Source: Felis catus
Taxonomy: Eukaryota
DNA length: 64,000 bases
Direction of reading: 5' to 3'
NCBI RefSeq assembly: GCF_018350175.1
Contig: NC_058368.1
Location: forward strand, 620,001-684,000
The notes under the pieces are model-generated. The model searched no databases. It was not told the DNA's origin and worked only from the letters and a program-made list of their open reading frames with translations. Positions 32,817-45,124 of the stretch are shown one piece after another. Positions within the stretch are counted from its first letter, which is position 1, and each line of letters starts with the position of its first letter. The position numbers and the translations under genes were made by a program.

Positions 32817-34551
32817 GTATTTGCAGATTTTGTAAAAACTGTGTGGTAAACACTGTGCATTAAGGGAGGGTAGGTTGGGGAGCCAGGATAGCTCAGTGGG
32901 TAGAGCATGTGACTCTTGACTCGGGGTCTTGAGCTCAAGCCCCACATTGGAGGTAGAGCTTATCTTAAAATAGTAAGATTAAGACATTTTTTTAAAAAGG
33001 GAGAGCAGGTCATGGTTAGAAGAGTAAGCAGAGAAAATTGGCAGCAGGAGAAAGTCACCGAACGCAGGTGAAATTGTGACATTGCCAACAGGGAAGTGGA
33101 CTGGAGAAAGGCAGAGGAGGGAAGACCATCATCCCACCTTCTCTCCATTGCTGTGAGCTGTAGGGAAATCCTACATGCCCTGTGAATCTGAGGATATTAG
33201 AGCATAACCAAAGATACAAATAGAAATAATTTCAGACCAGCCAAATCTATTCTCAAAGGAGAAAAGTTATGGGGTACAGCGTTTTGCAAAAAGCCCTCTA
33301 TCCAGGGGCACCCAGGTGGCTCAGTTGGTTAAGTGCCCGACTCTTGATTTTGGCTCAGGTCATGATCTCATGTTTTGTCAAGTAGAGCCCTGCGTTGGGC
33401 TCTGCGCTGACAGCACGGAGCCTGTTTGGGATTCTCTCTCTCTGTCTCTCTCTCTCTCTCTCTGTCTCTCTCTCCCTGCCCCTCCCCCATGTGAGTGCAT
33501 GCTTTCTCTCTCTCAAAATAAATAAGTAAACATTAGAGAAAAGAGCTCTCTGTGTAATCACTCACCAGTCTGTCAACCCTGGAGTGTCACCTGTACCGTG
33601 TGACCTGTAAGGGACAGAGAGGAAAACATGCATTGCAGACTGATCTTTGTGATACAGCTTGTATTGCTTGTTTTGTTTATTTAAAAGCTGAAGGGAGCTT
33701 CCCTCTTTTGAAATGAATTGTAGGCCTGACAGTTTAAATATAGAATTTTGGCAGCTGGGTGAAATCTTAAAAATGATTAAGGCTAACCTCTTCTTTCTTA
33801 AACACTTCATCATAATGAAATTAAAGTCTGAAGTCATTGGATCCCAGGCTTCCAAACGCCAGGCTTGCCCCTGTCTGTTGCTCCTTCCTGTGTTGCTGAA
33901 CTGATGGGTGACTTCAGCCGGCCCCTTCCTGAACCAGATCCCCGGGGCTTGCTGCCAGCGAATGTGGTTTTTCTATGAAGTATGTTCAACGCCAGTGGGA
34001 TGCTAGGTGCTTTCTGGCACTTAAGTAGTTTGCCTGTGGTTATCAGAAACGGAATGTCTCTATTTACCTCCAGTTTAAGCAGAACTGCATAACTTTCCTT
34101 ATACAGCTTCCCTCACTTGCTTGTCTCACCATTTCTTTGGGTGGATGGATGATTCATGACTGTTACACCTTCTCAGTTTATCTTCTGGGTAAAGAATGAA
34201 GAATAGCATCATGGTCTCTCCTTATTTGGAATTTCCCACATACTTTGAGTGCAACCTTTTTGAAAGTTATGTTGTCAATGTACCTACATTTTTGAAATGT
34301 GCTTACCAGGTATTATAACCAAGGAGACAGCTGGGTATGTATTGTTGAGGAATGAGCTCCAAGACAAATTGCCAAGTGGAAAAGCACATTCAGAGCAGCA
34401 TGTTTAGGGTGCTGCCATTTGTGGCTAAACACAGGGCTGTGTGCTTACGTGTGTGTTGCCTATGTGTACAATAGCTCTGGAAGGATACTCCAGAAGTTAC
34501 AACAGGTGCCGCTGGGGAGAGTAACTGGGAACAATGGTGGGGAATATGTTA

Positions 34552-34554
<3 letters not shown>

Positions 34555-34596
<42 letters not shown>
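34555..34596 (+). repeat. (TTA)n microsatellite
   Basis: Seen directly in the sequence. Confidence 0.95.
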
Positions 34597-34792
34597 TGTA
34601 CTTTTTAGATTTTCTACAATGTACATATACTCTTTATTGCAAAATAAATTAATAAAATTACAACTTAATGGGGCACCTGACTGGCTCAGTTGGTTGAGCA
34701 TCCAACTCTTGATTTCAGCTCAGGTAATGATCCCAGGGTCATGGGATTGAGCCCTGTGTCAGGCTCCTTATTCAGCATGGAGCCTACTTGAG

Positions 34793-34840
<48 letters not shown>

Positions 34841-35793
34841 TCCCCTCCCTCCCTCTCCCCCCCCTTTACTCCTCTTCCCTGCTCATACTTTCTCTCTAAA
34901 ATAACATTTTTTAAAAGTTAAAAAAAATAAAGTTAAAAAAAATAAATAAAATTACAAGTTAGCAAATTAAATAAATAATGAATACCTTTTGAATCTGCCA
35001 TTCTACTCTTAAGAAAATAATTAAACAAGTGTACAGGAAGATATTCAGCACAGCTTTGTTTAGAGGAGTGAAAATTTGGAAATAACCCCTAGGGTTGGTT
35101 AATCCATTGTGGTACATTCATATCCATACTCTTTATTTTTTACATTTTTTATTTTTTAATTTTTTATTATTATTTACTTTAATTTTAATTTTATGTTTTT
35201 ATTGTAGAGAGAGAGTGAGAGAGAGCAAGCGCTAGCAAGGGAGAGGGGCAGAGGGAGAGAAAGAATCTTAAGCAAGCTCCACACTCAGCATGGAGTCCAA
35301 TGCAGGGCTTGATCCCATGACCCTGGTATCATGATCTGAGCTGAAATCAAGAGTGGAATGCTCACTCAGACACTCAGACTCAGACCACTCAGGCACCCCA
35401 TATCCATACTCTTTAAAAACTGTGGGGGCACCTGGGTGGCTCAGTCAGTTAAGTGTCTGACTTTGGCTCAAGTACTGATCTCACAGTTCATGAGTTCGAG
35501 CCCTGCATGCACTGTCAGCATATGCTTTGGATCCTCTGTCTCCCTCTCTCTCTGCCCCTCCCCTGTGTGCACACTCTCTCTCTCAAAAATAAACATTAAA
35601 AAAAAAACCTTGATTTTTTTTTTAACTTTTATGTAACTAAAACTTATATTATTTATAAGGGTTCTAGAAAGCTGAGAATGATTACTACAAATTATCTTCA
35701 AGATTCTTTAAGGGTGAAAATTGCAGATACAAGTAATATATTTAGATATTATTTTTACAAGTACATAATGATTTGGTTCTTTTTTTTTCTAAG

Positions 35794-35995
35794 TGCACAC
35801 ATATAATCTTAGATAATGCTGATGTTCTGAGCCAGTATCAACTGAACTCTATCCAAAAGAACCATATCCATATAACAAACCCAGATTTTATATGGGAATC
35901 TATCAAAGAAAGGAGACTCTTGGACGTAACGAATTATGATCCTAATAAGTCACCAGACATCACACCACCTCCTTGTCAAAAGGCAAGCAGTTCTG
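35794..35995 (+). CDS. PARP4: PARP4 exon 3 (BRCT)
   Basis: CTHIILDNADVLSQYQLNSIQKNHIHITNPDFIWESIKERRLLDV...KASSS. AG/GT, 202 nt. Confidence 0.94.
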
Positions 35996-37239
35996 GTAAG
36001 TATTTTATATCAAGTACTTAATATATTATAGGTGCTATAATAAACATTTTGGTTTCTCCAAGATAGTATAGTCAAAGGATTGTCCAAAAATATTACAAAA
36101 ATAGGGGTGCCCAGGTGGCTCAGTCAGTTAAGCATTGGACTCTCGATTTGGGTTCAGGTCATGATCTTACAGTTCATGAGATTGAGGCCCGTGTTGGGCT
36201 CTGTGCTGACAGAGCAGAGCCTGCTTTGGATTCCCCCTCACTGTCTCTCTCTGCCCTTCCCCTGCACGCATACACATGTGTGCACTCTCTCTCTCAAAAT
36301 AAATAAACTTAAAAAAAAAAGAAATATGACAAAAATAATTAAACTTCTTATCTCAGAATATAGGCAAATAGTGAAGGACAAAAGACTACTTTAGCAATAG
36401 GAATAAATTTCTTAATATCCAATCTAATGTGATCAGATTCAAAAAGACTACAAAAACACTGATAATCTCAGAAAACTTGATGTGTAATTTTATCTGGGAA
36501 GGGGAAGAAACTTTGTGTTTAAAAAATTATGACTGGAAATTTTATGATTAGCATTTTGCTAAATAAGTTCTTTCCAAAAGCTGATCTCTCCAAAGGAAAC
36601 ATGTCTACTTTATAGACCAGATTTTATTTTGGAATCTGGCCAAGAAGCAAGCCTTTGGACATAGAGAAATGCAGTCTTCATGAGACACATCAAAAGTCAA
36701 GCAGTTCTGATAAATAATAATTTATAGTAAGCACATGATATATGTTAGGTACCATATTGTGTATATAAATTGTATTATTTATGAGAATTTTAGAAATCTA
36801 AATGTTTGGTATGGTGCAGCCTCTTTAGACAAATGATTGTCCAGAAATGCTGTCATCAGACTTTCTTGCTCTCAGGAAATGGTAGCTAAAACAAAATAGG
36901 CAGAATGGTAAACTCCTCCCGGGGTGCCTGGGTGGTTCAGTTGGTTAAGCATCTGACTTCAGCTCAGGTCATGATCTCATGGTTTGTGAGTTCGAGCCCC
37001 CCATCAGGCTCTGTGCTGACAGCTCAGGGCCTGGATCCTGCTTCAGATTGTGTCTCCCTCTCTCTCTGCTCCTCCCCTGCTTGCACTCTGTCTCTCTCTC
37101 TTTCTCAAAAATAAATTAACATTAAAAAAAAAAAGAATAGTAAACTCCTTTTACATTGAAAATGTTTTTCAACATCCAGAATAATACCCTTGGATTTGGA
37201 ATTACTATAGCTACATTGACGCCTTTTGATATCTTGATA

Positions 37240-37241
<2 letters not shown>

Positions 37242-37286
<45 letters not shown>
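37242..37286 (+). repeat. (TA)n microsatellite
   Basis: Seen directly in the sequence, abutting a SINE tail. Confidence 0.95.
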
Positions 37287-37289
<3 letters not shown>

Positions 37290-37703
37290 TTATTTTAGAG
37301 ATAGCATGCAAGCGGGGAAAAGGGGCAGAGAGAGAGAGAGAGAGAGAGAATCTCAAGCAGCTCCACACCCCAGCATGGAGCCCAACATGTTGCTCGATCT
37401 CACCACCCTGGGATCATGAGCCAAGCCAAAATCAAGAGTCGGATGCTTAATCGACTGAGCCACCAGGCACCCCTTGGTAGCATAATTAAAACTGGAAAGA
37501 AATCCTTTTATAAAAGAAGTTATTCCCTATATATCATAATGCCATAGACAGTGTTATGATTCTTTTATAAGAAAAACATGAAACAAAAATTGCTTGGCTT
37601 CACATAGGAGCCCTCGAATTTCCCTCCTTTAAACTAAAACATCCCAGTTCCTTCATTTGTGACATGATGGCACTGGGGAACCACTCTGATCCTGCAGCAT
37701 ATT

Positions 37704-37889
37704 AGAAATGCATTTCATGTTGGGGCACCTGGGTGGCTCAGTCAGTTAAGTGCCAGACTTGGGTTCAGGTCATGATTTCGCTGCTCATGAGTTCGAGCCC
37801 TGCATTGGGCTCTGTGCTGACAGCTGAGAGCTGGGAGCTTAGAGCTTGCTTCAGATTCTGTCTCCATCTCTGCCTCTCCCCTACTCGTG

Positions 37890-37942
<53 letters not shown>

Positions 37943-38117
37943 AAATATAAAATAAAACACAAAAAAATTTAAAAAGGAAAAAAAAGAAATGCATTTCATG
38001 GGGCGCCTGTGTGGCTTAGTTGGTTAAGTGTCTGACTCTTGAATTTGGCTAAAGGTCATGATCCCAAGATTGTGGGATTGAACCCTTGGACTCTGCTGGG
38101 CATGGAGCCTGCTTGAG

Positions 38118-38164
<47 letters not shown>

Positions 38165-38227
38165 ACCCCTCCCCCACTTGCATGTACATGCTCTCTCTCT
38201 CAAAAAGAAGAAAGAAATGCATTTCAT
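37704..38227 (+). mobile_element. Two tandem SINEs sharing a triplicated target site
   Basis: AGAAATGCATTTCAT occurs at 37704, 37985 and 38213, bracketing two SINEs. Confidence 0.9.
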
Positions 38228-38559
38228 AACTATCCTCACCATAATCTTCAGAAGAGAAAAATGCTATTTGAAATTGTATATCTATCAATGAGTTTTACAT
38301 AATACAGATTTTATTACAATTGTCCTCACATGCCTATTAAAAGAGAATTCTCACCATCTTTTGTCTTTAATCTTTTTGTCCCACCTGCTCTGTCCTTAGA
38401 TCACCAATTTCTATAGCTAATTTGAGGACATCTTTAAAAAAGATAATAGCATGGTAAATATTACCTATACTCAAGAATCTTAACAATTCCAGGGTTTATT
38501 GTTGATAATTTTAATAAATCTTTGAGTAGCAAACAAGTGTTTTATTTGTTTTCTCTTAG

Positions 38560-38626
38560 AAATGACAACAGATGATCTGTCCCAGGACAACTCCACTGAG
38601 AAGGAAAACGTTGTGGAACTCACAGA
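38560..38626 (+). CDS. PARP4: PARP4 exon 4
   Basis: (E)MTTDDLSQDNSTEKENVVELT(E). AG/GT, 67 nt, phases consistent with neighbours. Confidence 0.85.
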
Positions 38627-39516
38627 GTAATCTACTTCTGATCATTAAGACTCTCCAGTTTTGCAAAGTATTTTGTAAACCTCAAACACAGTTTTAAAAT
38701 ACTATTAGTACCTCACGTTTCTTGTAGTATTTTTGTTTATCTTGCTTCTCTAATTCTAGGCTTTTATTTATTTAAGACTTTACTTCAACTAGTAGAGTGA
38801 TAATTATTTCCATCTTAGTATTATACAAGATTGGACATGATAGTTGGATTGCTTTGAAAAAAGAAAACGTTTGGGCAGTCTGCTCACCCTGCTACCTTAC
38901 AGAGAAGCCTTTAGAGTAGAGACAGTCCCTTACTCCCTACCTCATGTGTCAAAAACTGGAAATGACAGCCTTCTGCAAATGGACCATGTGCAGCTTCTTC
39001 CAGCATACCCCAAACTGTAATGTCAGTTAAGGGTCACGTTTAGCCTCATTTTATTTGTTAATCGTAGTGTTAAAAGAGAGAGCAAATACCAAAGATAAAA
39101 GTACAGATTATGAGAAGTCTGACACTTTTATTTCAAAGGGCTGTTGACTGTAGTCCAGACAATCTCTGGTGTGAGCCTAAGTGATTGGTTTCTAAGGGTC
39201 AGAACCCAAGAGGATGCAGGATTGGTGCTCTCTCCAGTGCGCTGGCCTGCTTCTCTTATGCCCTGCCTCTGCTTCAGGACGCCCACCTTCTGATGCAGAC
39301 GCTCAGTATTTGGCATAAGAACTCTAAAGTTACACACAGGAGGAATCCAGCTCATTCCATAAGACTTTCTAACCATTTTCAGAATATCTAAGGAGGCATT
39401 AGGGACTTAAAATGTATTTTGTATGGAATTAGGAGATATCCAAGAAAAATTTTATGAAAAGCCTCCTTAGTTTAAAAGTCCATTGTAATGTTTCATTTTT
39501 CTTATACAAATTTCAG

Positions 39517-39592
39517 GTCTTATACAGAGAATGCTGAAATTCCTCATTTTCCACAAGATTTCGAAGTTGCAAAATATAACACCTTGGAAAAA
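39517..39592 (+). CDS. PARP4: PARP4 exon 5
   Basis: SYTENAEIPHFPQDFEVAKYNTLEK. AG/GT, 76 nt. Confidence 0.92.
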
Positions 39593-40330
39593 GTAAGAGC
39601 CTGATTTGTAGTTGAAAAAATACCCACCCCCCCCCGAATGTCTTCTGATTACTTTTCCTGTTTGATAATTTTCTCATTGTTTTGGAAAACTGTGCATATC
39701 CTGAATAAATATTTAATAGATGAGTTGATTTTTAATAGTCAAAAAAATTTTATATTTAAAATGTAACATTTAACTTCGTGTTTTTATTATAAAAGTAATA
39801 CCTGCTCACAATAAAATATAAACAGTACAAAATATTGATGGGACTTTAAAAGTAAAGGACTTCTTCCGTGTTTATTAATGCCTTCTTGTATTTTAAGAGT
39901 AGATTTGACACTATTTACATTATGTTGAATTTCCGTTACCACTCATTAAAAAGAAAAGGAGATAATTCTTTCTCCAATGTCGTGTAAATGAAAACCCTCG
40001 CATTCAAAATGATGCTCCATTTGTATTTTTTAGATATTTTAATGAAATGTAACTTGAAAACAACATTCCTTCTGTGATAGAGAAAATATAAAAAGTGGTA
40101 TAGTTTAAACACATACAGATAGATCTGTAGTAAAAATACAGGCAGGAGATATACCAAAATATTAATAGTAATTATATCTGTAGTGTGCTTTCTGGTAATT
40201 TTTATTTTTTCTTCATACTTTGTGTATTTTCCGAATTGTATCTCGCGTGAACTTGTATTGGCTTTATAATCTACATTTTTAAATGGTGCGTGCGGCTTGT
40301 TATTTAATGGACACACGACCTATTTTCCAG

Positions 40331-40447
40331 GTTGGGGCGGAGGGTGGTAAGGCAGTGGCGGTGGTGGAACTGCAGTGCTCCCGGGAGGAGCCCGGGGACG
40401 CCGCCTTCCTGATATCCGCACACTTCCTCTCGGCCACCGGCGTCAAG
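40331..40447 (+). CDS. PARP4: PARP4 exon 6
   Basis: VGAEGGKAVAVVELQCSREEPGDAAFLISAHFLSATGVK. AG/GT, 117 nt. Confidence 0.88.
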
Positions 40448-43076
40448 GTATCGATCTTTGTATTGATTCGTATGTGTTTATCCACCCTCGTTCCTAACTA
40501 GTTTCCTTAACATTGGTCAAGGTACCGGCCAATCTGTTACCCTTTTTCTTTTTACCTGGTAAATGGTTTTGAAAAGTTGAGCCGTGTTCTCCGTTGCAGT
40601 GTAGCAGGTGAAGGAAAGGGGGTGAGAGCGGCACCTTGACTAGAGCCGCACGGGGCTCTTCAATGTCAAGAGGGGAATACTCAGCGGGTGCAGGGCACGT
40701 GGGCTTCCTGCCCCTGTGTTGAAGCACTTAGGGGAACTTTCCTAACGCACACACTTCTAAAAACCACCCATTCACATACTTTAAGTACCTGCTGAGTACC
40801 AAGTGATCTACCAGAAGCCAAAGATAAAAATTACTTAGGGGCGCATGGGTGGCTCCGTCGGTGAGGAGTCTGACTTCAGCTCAGGTCATGATCTGGCAGT
40901 ACAGGAGTTCAAGCCCCGCCTCAGGCTCTGTGCTGACAGCTCCAACCCTGCAGCCTGCTTCCTTCTGTGTCTCCCTCTCTCTCTCTGCCCCTCCCCCTTT
41001 TGCATTCTCTCTCCCTCTCTCTTAAAAATAAATAAACATTAAAAATTTTTTTTAAATTACTTCAAACCCTGCCCCTCAGAGGTAGATCACCACCAGGGAA
41101 GATTCATGATTGTAACCCTCTGGGACAGAACTGGGACAGAACCCACTGGGACAGAACTGATACTGAATGTAAAGTATTGCAGGCTCACAAACAACCAGGA
41201 AGCCTTTGCAGAGCCCGAGACCTTTGCATTAGGTCACTGTCAAGTCAAGGGCATGGTTCCCATCTGAAACTATTATGACACAAAAATAAATTCAGAACTA
41301 ATACCTAAAGTTCAAAGCAAGTGCTGCCACACCGTCAGGGTGTCTTCCGTTTAGACAGACTTACAGGCAGGAAGCACAGCACCCACAGGGCACACAGACC
41401 CTCTTCAGGGGGAGTGGTCCTCGCAGCATGTTACTCAGGCTCTGGATGCTTCTGGCTTTGCCCCCGCTGGAGGTGCCAGCTGTGGTGCCAGGAGGGAGAC
41501 TCACATCAGGAGGAGGCACGATCTACCTGATGTAGAAAGTCACCCACAGTAGCCCATACCTGTTGTAACATAGGCCTAGGTTGGAGATGTCTTGAAGGGA
41601 GATGCCCATCGCTAGCATCACTGCCCTCAGGGAAGCCCAAGGCTCAGGTTTCCCACCCACCATTTAAGTTTCATTCATTGAACTCCTGGTCCTGATGCAA
41701 TTTATTAATGAGAGGTCATTACCTCTCATTAATTACCTCTCATGCAATTACCTAAGCAATTTTGCCTAATATTACAGCGTCCCACCCTTACCAGCTTTCC
41801 ACAGGAACAAATATAAAAAGTTAATCCAAGTCGAATGTGTCCAAGGAGGAGAAGGGGTTTTCTTAACTTTTTACCCAAAAACATGTGCTCTATTTTGTGG
41901 AGGATTTAGTTGTGTGGGTAAAAAGTAAGGAAACATCAAGTTGAAAACCATGATAGAGTGTGTTGTCACTGGTTTTCTTTACTGAAACTATAAGGCTGCA
42001 TCAGCCACTGTGTCCCCTCCTGCTTACTATCTCGAGAGCCCTTCCTGAGTGCCTTCCGCCCTTAGCAGGCGTGAGTCTGAGAACACAAGTAGAGTGCTCC
42101 TCCGGTGAGTGTGTTCACTTTGATAGAAATTATCCTCACCAACTGTGAAAGAGCTGTCCTGCAGAAGAGGCTTTTCTGGTTTGCCCCTCTCATAAAAAGC
42201 CAATTTGATGGAAACCTTCCAAAATTGTGTTAAACTCTGCCTTCTCAAATGGAGTAACTTGAACATGGTATGCTCTTTTCTCTAAGTTTCAGAGGTGTCC
42301 CGTGGCCACCAGTGCGGGAGGGCAGTTGAGCAGTGTCATGAGTAGCCTGGCTTCTTCCTGGGGCGGCACACTCCAGAGCCAGAGGCTTGGCTGACACCCA
42401 AACCGACACCCATGGGCAAGACCTCCCCCGTTCTCTGAGGTTAATGACTTTGGGATAACTGCTCACTACAGGAGCACGGATTTCCAGGAAAAGCAGAAGA
42501 ATGCCACATCCATGGGCAGGTTGGAATGAGGGAGACAGTTTGCGTCTATCCACAGGATGCCTTGTTCCACTCCCTCGACATTATTTGCGTGACCCGAGAG
42601 CTTTCTGCCTTTCTCCTTGCTGTGGTGGTATCATTTCATTTTGACGGTGTGCTTGTCCCTAACAGTACCTCATTTCTGAGCTATTTTTCTTTTCCTCCCT
42701 TCCCCTGATTTATTTTTCCCATTTCCAAAAAGCTTGAAAGCCAGATTTCAAAGCTAATTAGAATAGTATGTAAATTAAGAATGTGTAGTCTCTGAACAGA
42801 CGTTTGAGTGACTCTCCAGTGAATCAAATGTGCCTCTTCTGCATGTTGGGCCTGCTCAAGCTTTTCTCCCTTTCAGGTTTTAGGCTGTTTTGTGAAGGAT
42901 TGAAGATTTAAGTAATTCTTTGAAAATAGTTAATAAACTTTTTCATGGCAGGGATCCAATGCCTATTTACATTGCTTTCCCCTGTGGTACATAGGAGGCG
43001 TTCGGTAAAGACCCGTATGTGAATAAGTTAGTACATCCTCGCATCCTGACATTTTGCTCCACGCTATGATTCACAG

Positions 43077-43226
43077 ACTAGAAGACACTTCTCTGTAAAG
43101 AAAACCTCTGCAGATGCAAGTGAGCACTATGAAAATTACATTGAAGAACTGAAGAAACAAGGATTTCTGCTAAGGGAATATTTTACACCCGAAGCAACCC
43201 AGTTGGCATCTGAAAAACTGCAGGCG
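43077..43226 (+). CDS. PARP4: PARP4 exon 7
   Basis: TRRHFSVKKTSADASEHYENYIEELKKQGFLLREYFTPEATQLASEKLQA. AG/GT, 150 nt. Confidence 0.92.
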
Positions 43227-43757
43227 GTAAGACTGACTCATATGTTTAGATTTTGTGACTGACTGAGTATGTTGAATAGAAATGTTTTCTTTGTGACAAA
43301 TAAAAACTTGGCAGGAGGGAAGAGTGGGAGTTAAGAACAGGAAAGGTAAACTCACAAAAATGCACGGCAGGGCAGCCGGTGGGGAGTGAGTTCCAGGATA
43401 AGCCATGAAACTTCCTGCTTGCTTCAGCAACAAACCCTCATGGCTTTCAAAAAATTTGATTATAACCTGGGCCAGGAATCAGGGGTCCTTGACCCTTCAT
43501 GCTGCTTAACCTTTGATGCCACTGGCAGGCCTCAAGCTGATAAAGTGAAGGAAGAGTCAAAAGGAAACATAGAGTGGGAGTCAAAGAGAGAAGGGGAAAT
43601 GAGGAGAGTGTAGGGAGGAAGTGGAAGCTCAAAGTTATCAGTCACTTGACTGCCTGTGACTCTTTGCCTGGCTGAAATTAATTATTTCTTCTCTCTTGGT
43701 TTTAAATCAGTCCACTTACGAAACTTCTTGTTGGTTTTTCAAATTTTGTTGTTGCAG

Positions 43758-43895
43758 TTGCTTTTGGAGGAGGTAATGAATTCAAGCACTCTGAGCAAAG
43801 AGGTGAGCGATTTGGTGGAGATGGTCTGGGCGGAAGCTCTCGGCCACCTGGAGCACACACTTCTCAAGCCTGCGAACAGGATTAGTCTCAATGAC
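43758..43895 (+). CDS. PARP4: PARP4 exon 8
   Basis: LLLEEVMNSSTLSKEVSDLVEMVWAEALGHLEHTLLKPANRISLND. AG/GT, 138 nt. Confidence 0.93.
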
Positions 43896-44950
43896 GTGAG
43901 TCACGTGCATCCTCCAAGCAAACCTCTGTCGTGACAGACCCGCTTTCTGACTCACTAGCTTGAATGATAGCACGTGTGTTTGCGCACCGGTCTGGTTGTT
44001 CTGGATGGGTTCCTGACATGCTTTTTCGTACCTTGGAGAAAGGGAATGTGGAGAGTGCTGAGAGGAAAACAAGCTTCCGGGAAAACTAGATGTTCCTGTC
44101 TCTCAAATGTCAGACCCAAGAACTGCTCCAAGCAGGCTTTTTGGTGCCAGCTCTGTAGGAGGCCCGCTCTCCTAGGTTCCGAGGTTTGTGGCAGGCCTGA
44201 GGGACAGGGATGCTGTTGGTCCTCAGTCGGATGCTCAGACCCTATTCTGTTTCCGTCACTGCTTCACAGTCTTGGAACTTGTGACTATTGTAGAGAAAGA
44301 CAGCATGCTTCCAGAAGGTCCTCTTCTTAATTTTACATGATTGAAGGAGCAAGTGAAGACAGTATTTCCAGTGGTACATTTGCGTTGTCGTAGTAAAATA
44401 GTACAGTCTTCTTCTGTGGAACTGAACTAATTTATTTCAGGGAGAAAAAGGTTTCCTGGCACAAGGCTCAAAATGCACTTGTGTAATTAGAAATACATTC
44501 TGCTGAATTTTGTTCTTACTTTGATTCTTTCTAAATTTCTAAATTTCTTTCTAAAATCTTTCTAAATTTCTTGTGTGAAAAGCACATCTCCTATGGTTGT
44601 GTTAGAATTCCTCTCTCTGTGAATATAGACATAGCTGTGGATGCAGTTGTAGCTATAGATACAGATGTAGATGCGGGTATAGATATAGATACACAGATAC
44701 AGATATTTAAGGCTCTGGTTCTTTCCTTTAGTTAAGCTGAGCCCATTTTTGGAAACCTTCTCGTGGCATCATTGTCACAGGTGAGATACATCTCCCATAA
44801 ACGTGGCATTTGTTTTATGGCTGGTGTCCAGTAACTAATAGTTATGACATATCTAACAACTATTTTAGGTATTTTTATGCATGTTCCTTCACTTTCTCTT
44901 TGATTGTAAAGATTCAATTTTAATAAGAGTATATTGTTGTCCACTTAAAG

Positions 44951-45124
44951 GTGAGCAAGGCAGAGGGAGTTCTCCTTCTAGTAAAGGCAGCCCTGAAAAA
45001 TGGAGAAACAGAAGAACAATTGCAAAATATGATGACCGAGTTCTACAGATTAATACCTCACAGAGGCACAGCAACTGAAGAAGTGAACCTGAGACTATTA
45101 GCTAAGAAAGAGGACCTCTGCCAG
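44951..45124 (+). CDS. PARP4: PARP4 exon 9
   Basis: VSKAEGVLLLVKAALKNGETEEQLQNMMTEFYRLIPH...KKEDLCQ. AG/GT, 174 nt. Confidence 0.93.
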
